Positions 42,933 to 52,448 of a stretch of DNA of 64,000 nt are shown here, piece after piece (position 1 is the first letter of the stretch; the number at the start of each line of letters is the position of its first letter). This DNA comes from Andalucia godoyi And28 (lineage: Eukaryota; Protista; Jakobida), in assembly GCA_009859145.1 (NCBI GenBank), contig VRVR01000027.1, positions 1-64,000 of the forward strand. Reading direction: 5' to 3'. The translations under genes and the position numbers were made by a program. The notes beneath the pieces were generated by a model. That model saw only the letters and a program-made list of their open reading frames with translations, was not told where the DNA came from and did not search any database.

Positions 42933-43676
42933 CTATGGAATACGTTGGAATGAGGACAGGTTATCCAACAGCTGAATGAACTCATCCAGAATGCCAGATC
43001 CTTGGTTGTCGAGAAAACGCCAAAATTCGCGAAGTGACTGGTCCGAGATGGATACGCAGTTGTTGACAAACCACTGCGCAGCTTGCGGAGGTGACTCCCC
43101 GAGTTTGTGAGCCAGGACACTGGTCCATCCTTTGGAATGCGCGATTGGGAGGCTGGCAACCGCATCCTTCATCATCTGATCTTGCTGGACCAGATACCCA
43201 TGGATGGACGAGGCATTCTCGTGGTAAATCTGCAAAAACTGTTCTCGAGAAGGAAGATGGGCGATCGAAAAGGATGCATCCTGCGGCCGCAGCGTCTGCG
43301 AGGTGGACGCAGTCCCATGCACTGTGGGTGCTTGAGAAGCAGCACGGGTCGGAATACTCGCAGCAGGCGGAAAGAGAATGGTGTTGACTGTCGCTAGAAC
43401 AGCGGGATACCGAGACAGAAATGCGTGGAAACGCGGAATAGCATCCGGATACTGCTCATTGAGGACGATCCTTTTCATCCATCGCTTCACAGATTTTTCT
43501 CGATCATCCATATCCAGCAAGGCATCCGACGGACCAGGGCTAATGCTGTACAAGGCATGCACTGCATCCTTGAAGACGGTATCGTATTGCTCCTCAAAGT
43601 AAGTGGAAAAAGGCTTCACATTCGCTTGGAAAGCAGCCTTCAATTCGGAAGCTGTCCAAGGAGTAGAGGACGCCAT
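42933..43676 (-). CDS. Tandem domain X-X' adaptor-like protein B (247 aa), paralog of A
   Basis: ATG at 43676. X: WTASELKAAFQANVKPFSTYF...VNTILFP; X': PSREQFLQIYHENASSIHGYLVQQDQMMKDAV...LREFWRFL...ILDEFIQLL. Confidence 0.85.
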   Translation of the reverse strand: MASSTPWTASELKAAFQANVKPFSTYFEEQYDTVFKDAVHALYSISPGPSDALLDMDDREKSVKRWMKRIVLNEQYPDAIPRFHAFLSRYPAVLATVNTILFPPAASIPTRAASQAPTVHGTASTSQTLRPQDASFSIAHLPSREQFLQIYHENASSIHGYLVQQDQMMKDAVASLPIAHSKGWTSVLAHKLGESPPQAAQWFVNNCVSISDQSLREFWRFLDNQGSGILDEFIQLLDNLSSFQRIP

Positions 43677-44236
43677 TTTGGTGCGCAAAAGAGGACCAGT
43701 TGAAACCTCTATTGCACGGGAAACGTGAAATCTGCGGGGGGAAATTGAAAGTTGTGGAGGTTTTGTTCGATTGGTGGAAAAGAGAAAAGGGCAGAAAGAG
43801 TCGCGCCATCTTGGGATTTGGGTGAGCTGCCTGCGTTTTCATTGGGGCTGGCTGGCCGAAAAGGCGTCAGATCCATCTTCCGCACGGAATGAACCTCTGC
43901 TTGCACAACTTGTCCTGAGCTGTCATCTGGGCTGTGTGATCAGACTGTGTTCTTTCGGTGGGGGCGCCTAGCGTCTGCAGCAGCTTGTTGACGTCCAGGA
44001 TGTTCCAAGATGGTTTCCCGCGCAACAGTTGGGGAATGTTCGCATGAGTGATGATGATGACTGCGGCATCTAGGACCAATGTGATAATGACCGATGATTT
44101 TAATGGGAATGTCAGTTTGTTCGTGCAACATTTCGACACCGTTTGGTACAGCTACTGCGGTTCGTTTGTGCGGCAAAAAGTGTGAAGCTTTATGTGACGC
44201 TCGATTTCGGTGCAAAGATTGTGGAAAGCCTCGAAG

Positions 44237-47200
44237 CTAGGGGGCACTGGGAGTAGGGGGAAAGAGAATGGCGCTGACATCCGCAAGCAGGTCCGGGTAC
44301 TTAGAAAGAAAACGGAGGAAACGCCAAACACCATCCTTGTGCATGGGATTCAGAACGATGTGGCTCATCCAGCGATGTACAGCTTCATGTCGATCATCCA
44401 TCGTCAGCACGGATCCTGACAGACCAGGGTTAATATTGTACAAGGCATGCACTGCCTCCTTGAAAACGGAATCATAGTACCTTGCAAAATAGTCGAGAAA
44501 GGGACGAACGTTCGCATTAAAAGCATCTGTTAATTCGTTTCGCGTGCAGGATGACAAAGATGCCACACAAACGGACTCACTCCGAATGACAAGTGTACAT
44601 GAAAGCACGGACCTGGACATCGGATCCTCGCTCAGGAACGCAGTCAACAAGGCAACCAAATCTGGCACATCCGTCTCACCAGGGGAAGACAGAGTATCAA
44701 AATGGAAGATCGACGACGTTCCCTGCTTTCGATCAAGACGGATTCTGCATTGCACGGAGCCATCAGGACGACAAACGATCACATCAAGCCCCAGTGCCGG
44801 GGGAGACTGATCGGAAATTGGAGGATACAGATTTTTCCTTCCCAAGAACGTCATGAACCGCCAGAAGTGCAGATCGGTCACCACACCGTCAATGATCCCA
44901 AACAAGTGTCTAAGACCAACGCACCGCACGGTGCACGAAGAATGCTTGAATCCAGCCTTCTCGGAGCATTCCGTCTTCCAGCGACTATCAAGCGCATCAG
45001 GAGAGTCTCCGAGCGAATCACAATGGCGATGCCACTGTGGGAAAAATACGAATTTGGATTCTGGGTCCATGGGAACCACAACGCCAAGCGTAACGAGCAT
45101 TTCACAAACTTGCTTTGCAACCAACTTATGAGAATCAACAGAGCAAATCCTGTTGGTCCGAAGATGCCCTTCCAGAATCTGTTGAGCAGTTGCAGACGGA
45201 ATGATACTCGCATTCTCCAACAAATACTTGTAGGCAGCCTTTGTCTCGTCAGAAACATGCAGTAGTCCCCCCTTTCCATCCGTCTGCGGAATTAGCTGTG
45301 CACAGGTCTGAATGAACACATCCGGTCGCAGAACGATCATATGCTCATCCGACGAACAGGCGAAGAGACATCCAAGTGCCACCAGATCATCAAAGCATTC
45401 CTTCACCTCGGCATTCGACTTGCACACGCTGGCAATTCCGGGAATCTTATTGCGAATGCGGTCAACTGGGAGAACTACATCTTTGCAATTCTTGCACAAG
45501 CTCTCCACAACAAGGTTACGGAGAAGAACCTTTGGCAACTCAAGGTGAAATCGTCGAATGGCATCTGAAAGCTGTGTCATCATCTTTTCTTGATTCAGTT
45601 TCAGACCACCAATGCGCTGATCAGGGTTATTTTCGACAATCGTAAAATACCCATCATTTTCGACATAAGCATCTTGAAAGAAAACACTCAATTGCGGATT
45701 CTTCAGAAAACATTTCAAACAGGCATTGAGCGCATTCAAAAAGTCTTCCCGTGCTTGAGAAGACTCATTTTCTATGAATCCACCATGTGTTCCAATCAGC
45801 ACCACTTTGGATACTGATTTCTCATTTTCGGACACATTGCAGGCACGGACATTGGCGATGATACGCAGCCATGAAATGACATTCTCCTCAATTGCCTTCT
45901 CCAGGATACCGTTTCCATGGGCATCGTGCAGAACCCGTAAGCTAAACACACAAAAGTACAGAGATTGTTTGCCGAAAAAGAGCGGATCGAACACTCGAAA
46001 CACGTTCTGACCAGCGAAATCAAGAATGCTCACCGATAGCGTTTCTCCCTCCAGTTCTGTCAACACTCGAGAGGTAACATCGATGCGCTCATTCGCAGTC
46101 ACATGCTCGCGAGCAACATTCGGTGATGATTGCGAAGTGGACCTAGATGGCACTTGATTCTCTGTTGTCGCACCCGCTGAATTGTCAACGTGCGCGGAAG
46201 CTGGTGGAGACATTGCATGCTCTTCATTTGCTTGGCCACTAGTCGTATCATCCGTATTTCGAGACTGCATCAACGTCTCTGGCTTCCCTTTTGCAACCTG
46301 CTGCTGCATCAACTGTGACAGCAACGTTGTTCCAGTGTTCATCGTTGTATCCGTCCACGCATGATTTCGTATGGATATCTCCATTGTCTTCACATCGCCC
46401 ACTTCCGTCGAGTTCTCCGTGGGATCAAACTTCTCTCCACCAGACGACAGGTTCTTGATCAAGCTCGTCTTTCCCACTCGCGCATTTCCAACGACCAGCA
46501 AGCGCACGCGCGACGGTCGCACCCAGACGTCATCATCAATCTCGATATCGGAAACATCAATCTTCACTTCTTTGGCACTGGGAACTGGGAATCCTAACGG
46601 ACGCGATGCATCGAGGTCATCCAGCAGGAATCCATTCGACGACAAATTGATTTCTGTTTTCACGGAAGGCACTTCCTTTCTGTCCACCAGATACGTGGCG
46701 GAAGAAAGGCGCACTTGAAAATCAGAGTTTTCAGAAGGCGACACGAGTGCTCGCGCTCGACACTTTGCGCTGATGGTGCATGCTGCACTTGGAACTAGTG
46801 GCAATTCTTCCACAGTGCGCGAGCTTTGGTGCCAACCGCCGACAACCACGATCCGGTTCTGATAATTCACAGCGGCAGAATAACAGCGATCTGACAACAA
46901 TGCGGGGCCTTTGAACCACCGATTCATCCTTGGCTCGTAGATTTCCACATCCCGCCGCTTGGGATAACCTCCGATTGCATAAATCAAGTCGTGAACCACC
47001 GCAGCCGCATGTCCATGCCGGGGTCTCTGCATGTCACAAACACGACGCCACGCTGTGTGATCACGAGGATCGAATCGTTCCACCGTCGACAGTGGGGTTC
47101 CATTGTCGCCAAGGCCACCGATCGCAAAGATGCACCCTTTGGAGGCAAGAGTGCCAGAAGCGAACTCCTGTCGGCCCTCCTTCCAGCTTCCAACTTTCTC

Positions 47201-47743
47201 GGTCCACGCATGCGATTTTGAATTGTAGCTTTCAACAGACAGTAGAGGCAGGTTCTTTGCGACTGCACCTCCGAACACGTATATGTGGCCTGCCAGCGAT
47301 GCTGCACAATGGTGGCTTCGGGGCCTGCTCAGAGAATTGGGCGATACGCTAAACGACGCTGAGGCATCTGGAGAAGCTCTCCACAATTCAACAGAATCCA
47401 AGATTGTTTCATCCGTGCTTTGTCCACCAATCGCAAATATTGTGCCTTCAAGCTCCACGGCAGCAAAATGGCTTCGTGGTAGATGTAGTTCAGTACAGAC
47501 GTCCCACTTCTCTTGCGAACTCCGTGGATTGCAGGTGAACTGTTCCACAGAAGACAGATACCTCCGAAAATATACTTTGCCATCATCATATCCACCGATT
47601 GCGTACACATTGGAGTTGTGGACAACAGCGGACAGCGCATACCGGTTATTTCTTAAGCTCGGCATACGTTTCCACATTCCATCCTCGGGTAAATCATGGT
47701 CCGCTGGCCACTGCAATGGCGCGAGGCTCTGAAGATGTGTCAT
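44237..47743 (-). CDS. Kelch-repeat + Roc + COR + C-terminal domain X protein (1168 aa)
   Basis: Six Kelch repeats (VYAIGGY, IFAIGGQ, IYVFGG, IFAIGG, IYAIGGY, IVVVGGW); P-loop LLVVGNARVGKTS, STEVG, ILDFAGQ, VVLIGTHG; COR; domain X CTRNELTDAFNANVRPFLDYF...LADVSAILFP at ~44258-44548. ATG at 47743. Confidence 0.92.
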   Translation of the reverse strand: MTHLQSLAPLQWPADHDLPEDGMWKRMPSLRNNRYALSAVVHNSNVYAIGGYDDGKVYFRRYLSSVEQFTCNPRSSQEKWDVCTELHLPRSHFAAVELEGTIFAIGGQSTDETILDSVELWRASPDASASFSVSPNSLSRPRSHHCAASLAGHIYVFGGAVAKNLPLLSVESYNSKSHAWTEKVGSWKEGRQEFASGTLASKGCIFAIGGLGDNGTPLSTVERFDPRDHTAWRRVCDMQRPRHGHAAAVVHDLIYAIGGYPKRRDVEIYEPRMNRWFKGPALLSDRCYSAAVNYQNRIVVVGGWHQSSRTVEELPLVPSAACTISAKCRARALVSPSENSDFQVRLSSATYLVDRKEVPSVKTEINLSSNGFLLDDLDASRPLGFPVPSAKEVKIDVSDIEIDDDVWVRPSRVRLLVVGNARVGKTSLIKNLSSGGEKFDPTENSTEVGDVKTMEISIRNHAWTDTTMNTGTTLLSQLMQQQVAKGKPETLMQSRNTDDTTSGQANEEHAMSPPASAHVDNSAGATTENQVPSRSTSQSSPNVAREHVTANERIDVTSRVLTELEGETLSVSILDFAGQNVFRVFDPLFFGKQSLYFCVFSLRVLHDAHGNGILEKAIEENVISWLRIIANVRACNVSENEKSVSKVVLIGTHGGFIENESSQAREDFLNALNACLKCFLKNPQLSVFFQDAYVENDGYFTIVENNPDQRIGGLKLNQEKMMTQLSDAIRRFHLELPKVLLRNLVVESLCKNCKDVVLPVDRIRNKIPGIASVCKSNAEVKECFDDLVALGCLFACSSDEHMIVLRPDVFIQTCAQLIPQTDGKGGLLHVSDETKAAYKYLLENASIIPSATAQQILEGHLRTNRICSVDSHKLVAKQVCEMLVTLGVVVPMDPESKFVFFPQWHRHCDSLGDSPDALDSRWKTECSEKAGFKHSSCTVRCVGLRHLFGIIDGVVTDLHFWRFMTFLGRKNLYPPISDQSPPALGLDVIVCRPDGSVQCRIRLDRKQGTSSIFHFDTLSSPGETDVPDLVALLTAFLSEDPMSRSVLSCTLVIRSESVCVASLSSCTRNELTDAFNANVRPFLDYFARYYDSVFKEAVHALYNINPGLSGSVLTMDDRHEAVHRWMSHIVLNPMHKDGVWRFLRFLSKYPDLLADVSAILFPPTPSAP

Positions 47744-48159
47744 GGAAAAGGGAGGCGGGGGACTTTTTGCAGCTCGAAGGACCCTCAATATCACAGGATA
47801 GAGCAATCTGTTTTCTTCACCAACCTTGCCAACAAAAAAAAACAAACGAAGTTCTCCCTCAATTTTCAAGTAATCACCATTAATCCGGGTCAACTGTCAG
47901 CCCGTTTGCTACAACCGGCGGGAACCGATGCGATCGGGAGACAGCTCTTGCCGAAGGAATGCCGTATTCGAAAAATACCGATTGAGGGAGGCTCAACAGT
48001 GAGATACCGTTCAATGAACATCGCTTTTATGAAATACATCACAACAAGAGCAAACGACGAGGTGAAACACACCATTACAAGGAAACAATCTCTGGGCAAG
48101 CCTGCAGGGTTTTAGAGCCAAGGACAACCGCAAAGACGTGGGGGACAGAAGTGTTTTTG

Positions 48160-51100
48160 TTAGTGAAGAACAAGCAAAAATAGCACAACATTTGTTAGCA
48201 AGCAAGCACAAATCAAGTGAAATGGCGATAACCAGACAAATCTGGAAGGATGGGGATACGTCCTGTCTTGCTCAGCGGTCAGTTCTTTTGCGGCACGGCA
48301 TTGGAGAAGCGTCCGCACTGCCTTGTCATTCTGCGTGCGCTCCGCAGAGTGCAAACCTTGGTTCAGCAAGTCAGGATCGGAGATCAAAGAACGTTGACAC
48401 GTGTCCTTGGAATTGGGCCCAGCAAGCAAGCAAGCCAAATCTGCAATGAACGAGTGCAGGGTCTTATCATCCATGTTGGTTGCAATCGCACAGGCGTGTT
48501 GATAGCAGATCAGCGAACGTGGCCATTCATCTGCGTTTGCGTATCGAATTCCCAGCGCTGCATGCGCACGGCCAAGGAATCGAGGAGAATCTGAATTCTC
48601 TGCCATTTCTAGCGCTTGTTGAGCATAGTCAACAGCCTTCTTTGCATGCAAACTGGCTCGACTCCCGTCCGCATTTTGTCGCTGTCCCTCGAGTTTCGAA
48701 AGGTTAGCGAGCGACAAGTACTGTCCGATGATGTTGTTACACTTCACTGCGTGGTTCAAACTGTTGATGAGTGCTTCCTCTGCTTCCTCATACTTGTTTT
48801 GCAGAAGCAGAAAAGCTGCGTATTCCAGTAGAACGTTGGAAAGATCCGAACAATCAAAAAGCTTCATTTTCTCAATTGCCTGTTCAAAGGAATCTGCAGC
48901 GGACGATGAATCCCCTTCTAATTTCGCACATTGTGCTTTGCGGCACAATACTTCGACCGCGAATATTCTTTCTTCGTCTTTTTGAAGATTATTCTCTTGC
49001 AGAATCTCGATCTCCTTCAGCTTCAACTTCGCATCCTCCAACCTGCCTTCTTCCAAGAACGCATCCACCAGGGTTAGAAGGTAGGCAATGAGAGTTCTTG
49101 GCTTGGACGGATTTTCTCCCTCTTTTCCTCCAATGATACTGACTACCTCGACTTCAAACAGAGAGACTTCTTTAAAATCACGGAAAACACGTAAATTCTC
49201 AATCTTGAGAAGCCGAAACGGATGCATCAGCTCTCCGACACCCAAAGCATCGATTCCTGCTCCCCTCTCCTTCACCAGTGCTTGCACACTCTCATAGTAT
49301 TTCTCAAACTCCTGTCGATCAACTCCGATTAGAGCGCACATTTGCCTTTCGTAGCAGCATAAGACTTCAGGAAGTACTTCATGACTAAGAGGCCCACTTT
49401 CGGAATTAAACAGTTGCATCACTAACATGACCAGTTCTGTTGAAACTGTCTGCTCGTTTCGAGAATCATAGTACCATAAAAGACACTGGAATGTCGAGAG
49501 GAACCCGCCTTTCAGTCGAGTTACGTGCAACTCCAAGACTTTCCACAAGTTTTCCAGATCTGATTGGATCATCCGCGACCCTAGGTTCTTCTTATTAGTA
49601 TCCTGGCTTTGTAGTAGTGACCAATACTTTGTACTGATCTCCGCGTAATGTTCCCGAAAGGCTTCCAGGATGCGGTCCGTCGAATCGTGGTCCGGAACCT
49701 GCGCCGCCAGAAAACACGACGTTACCGGCTGGATGTTCCAAACGTCGAAATCATTTCGGTCGCTGCCCTCGACGAAGACGTATCCCATTACATTGAGCGA
49801 ATATCCTTTTCTAATCAGGCTGCGACGTTGCAGCTGCGCCAACATTTCATCGCACTTCTCCAAATAAGAACCATACTGCCCGTTTGCTTTTGATAACTTT
49901 TTCAGGAAGTCTTTTGGATCAACAATCAACCCATAAAACGGAACCAGTACACGGAGGAACTGCTGACAGACCACATCCAGTTGATCGTACGGTTCTCGAA
50001 GACGACCGACCATGTCTTCCAGAGGAGTATTTGCCATCTTCTTCAACAACGTACCGTATCGAACATGTTGGAGCACAGTCTCTGGTGACTCTGTCTTATT
50101 GAGCTGCCAATATGCTGCAGCAACCTTGATAGAAAGTGGACAACCTCGCAAGGCTTGTATCAGTCGGGGAAGGAAAGGATCCCGCACCCATGACCCTCGA
50201 CCACTCGTGGTGTCGAGCTGCTGAAGAAAAAGCTCTTTTGAGCTGTTGAGATCAAAATGGCACAGATTCAGTGCATTGCCCCCTGGGGCCACTCGCCACA
50301 ACATGTCTTCTTGAGAGGCACCATGCAGTCTGGAACCTATGAGCACAGTAACACACTGGTCCGCTTGAGAGAACGCGGAAGAGTTGAGATCCGTCAACAA
50401 TTCTCTGAAATCCTTCACATCCTGCGCTGTGAGGCAGCAACGACCAACACCATCCGCGTTCAGCACAACCTCAAAGTGGTCGAGAATCAGCACTTTACGA
50501 CGAGCATCCGATGCCAACCACTTTTTGATCTTCGCAGCCCTGACAATGCCCGTCCTAAAATCAATTTCATAGAAAGCTGAAGATGGTTCAGTCGATTTCC
50601 ACCACCAAGTCAAGTACTTCAGAAGTGCCGTCTTTCCAATCCCGACCGAGCCATGAATCACAAAAATGTTTCGTCCTTCTTGTGGACATTTCAGCATCTG
50701 TTCATCAATTTCTGTGAATTCGGGAAGACGACCCACGAGGGAAAGGTGTTCTGAGCACTCTCCAACATCCAAAGGATTCTGCAGATTCCCATCCACTTGC
50801 ACGGTGTCGTTGCTTGACGTACTTTGGAAGGCCTTCGAACTGTTCACGAACACAACTGGTAAGAACCAGTCCTGCAATCCAATCGAATTTTCGTGGTTGG
50901 CAACCTTGGTGTCGCAAGCTCGGAGACTCTTCCGTGCCAGCATCGCAGCATAACCAGGATTGCATGGGTGTCGAAATAAATGTTCGTAAAAGGCCAGCAT
51001 GAATTCTCTTGACGAATCCTCAAGCACAGAATGGGAAAAACCAACTACGAAGGAAGCGTTGTTCGCGATTAAATGAGCTGCCATTGCTTTGGAATTGGAA

Positions 51101-52044
51101 GCGTCAATAATTACAATTGGGATGCGAAACTGGGAAATGAGATTGCCAAACTCGGCTGCACAAACATCATGGATTTCATCGTCGCTGTGGTCGCCGCCGC
51201 TGCTGTCTTCTTTCGACTGCTCGAAACAAAGAACAGATCGTCTGGTTGCGTCGGTGTCTCCACAAACCCTACTGAAACCATCAAAATGAAGAACATGAAA
51301 ACGAGCTCCTGGTTCCCCGAGAGCCCTTTTCAACGCACCCAACGTCCCAGGGCAGATGATTTGCACTTTCCACGGAATCTGTGAATACTGACGCGATAGC
51401 GACACCAACTGAAGCGCATATCGCCGAACGTTCTCACTTGATGCACTGGAATTTGGACGAGGACATATGATGGCAATGCGAAGTTCTGCATCAGCTGCCA
51501 CAGGAAGGAGACGAGCCGAACCAGCATTGTTCGGTACATTCAGTGGAATTTCTCGAACCAGCGGAATGGCCAGTGCAATGGGATCTGGATGATTCGGTTG
51601 CATCAGGGTCTCCCAGTGTAGATCTTGGAACTGCTGCCCGCCAATAATCTTAATCAAACTATCCGAATTATCTTTCAACTCTGCAAATATCTTCGAGAAT
51701 GGTTCGTTTTTGAGCGGCTCGAGTTGTTCAAAAAGACACCTTCCATACCTCTCGATCACCCGAAGGGCAGAAATTTCCATGGACATTCGAAGTGGCATGT
51801 CTGGATAGTCCTCCAAGTACGCTCGAATGGTTTCCTCGTTCCACTCGTCACTCGTCACATCACTCGAATTCACAGCACGGTGAAAAGGATCCCACATTAG
51901 AAATGGACCCCACATTTGAAATGAAGGCTGGTCAACATCGCACGCAGAGCACCAACTTATTCGGACCGTGAAAGTAGGCTTGCCAGTTGCGGAATCAGCA
52001 CCAATAGACCCACATTCGATGCGGAACTCGTTTGACGCAGACAT
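48160..52044 (-). CDS. NLR-like STAND protein: degenerate CHAT (caspase-like) + NB-ARC-like NTPase + TPRs + hydrophobic C-tail (1294 aa)
   Basis: CHAT-like LRIAIICPRP, VLHFDGFS, IVIIDAS, VVGFSHSV...FMLAFYEHL, DWFLPVVF; LVGR, Walker A IHGSVGIGKT, Walker B VLILDHFE, GCPLSI; TPR-like helices; ends ACLLTNVVLFLLVLH. Confidence 0.9.
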   Translation of the reverse strand: MSASNEFRIECGSIGADSATGKPTFTVRISWCSACDVDQPSFQMWGPFLMWDPFHRAVNSSDVTSDEWNEETIRAYLEDYPDMPLRMSMEISALRVIERYGRCLFEQLEPLKNEPFSKIFAELKDNSDSLIKIIGGQQFQDLHWETLMQPNHPDPIALAIPLVREIPLNVPNNAGSARLLPVAADAELRIAIICPRPNSSASSENVRRYALQLVSLSRQYSQIPWKVQIICPGTLGALKRALGEPGARFHVLHFDGFSRVCGDTDATRRSVLCFEQSKEDSSGGDHSDDEIHDVCAAEFGNLISQFRIPIVIIDASNSKAMAAHLIANNASFVVGFSHSVLEDSSREFMLAFYEHLFRHPCNPGYAAMLARKSLRACDTKVANHENSIGLQDWFLPVVFVNSSKAFQSTSSNDTVQVDGNLQNPLDVGECSEHLSLVGRLPEFTEIDEQMLKCPQEGRNIFVIHGSVGIGKTALLKYLTWWWKSTEPSSAFYEIDFRTGIVRAAKIKKWLASDARRKVLILDHFEVVLNADGVGRCCLTAQDVKDFRELLTDLNSSAFSQADQCVTVLIGSRLHGASQEDMLWRVAPGGNALNLCHFDLNSSKELFLQQLDTTSGRGSWVRDPFLPRLIQALRGCPLSIKVAAAYWQLNKTESPETVLQHVRYGTLLKKMANTPLEDMVGRLREPYDQLDVVCQQFLRVLVPFYGLIVDPKDFLKKLSKANGQYGSYLEKCDEMLAQLQRRSLIRKGYSLNVMGYVFVEGSDRNDFDVWNIQPVTSCFLAAQVPDHDSTDRILEAFREHYAEISTKYWSLLQSQDTNKKNLGSRMIQSDLENLWKVLELHVTRLKGGFLSTFQCLLWYYDSRNEQTVSTELVMLVMQLFNSESGPLSHEVLPEVLCCYERQMCALIGVDRQEFEKYYESVQALVKERGAGIDALGVGELMHPFRLLKIENLRVFRDFKEVSLFEVEVVSIIGGKEGENPSKPRTLIAYLLTLVDAFLEEGRLEDAKLKLKEIEILQENNLQKDEERIFAVEVLCRKAQCAKLEGDSSSAADSFEQAIEKMKLFDCSDLSNVLLEYAAFLLLQNKYEEAEEALINSLNHAVKCNNIIGQYLSLANLSKLEGQRQNADGSRASLHAKKAVDYAQQALEMAENSDSPRFLGRAHAALGIRYANADEWPRSLICYQHACAIATNMDDKTLHSFIADLACLLAGPNSKDTCQRSLISDPDLLNQGLHSAERTQNDKAVRTLLQCRAAKELTAEQDRTYPHPSRFVWLSPFHLICACLLTNVVLFLLVLH

Positions 52045-52448
52045 GGGTTCACTGAAATTCGTACGGAACTGTTTGCAAAATGTTAGGGTAATTGGCGATC
52101 TCGTGTTCTGATTTGCAAGGGGTATTTTTCGTGCTGCAAATCAATTATGGAAAAGAAGTCCTCGGGTGATTGACTTGTTCCGCAACCGAAGGTTTGAGCT
52201 CCTCCGCTATGAGTCAGAGTGTTACAAGCACAAAAAAAATCCGTTTTGGAAATTCGCTGCTTTGTGACAGCTGATGGCGTCAGGCATTGACATGGCTGTT
52301 ACACATCATGGCAAGCGCATGACCACAAAAAGTGTGCGGGCAAAAGCTGCCGATGGGGTTCGATGAAGCACTCAAGAGTCAAGACAGTCCAACGGTTGTC
52401 CCCTCCAATATTTCCACAGGGTCTTTTAGAGAACATATTATCCCAGGC

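Noticed and set aside
43867-44139. Small gene between Kelch-ROCO and adaptor B
   Set aside because: 90-aa ORF with a non-ATG start and no domain X or other motif.
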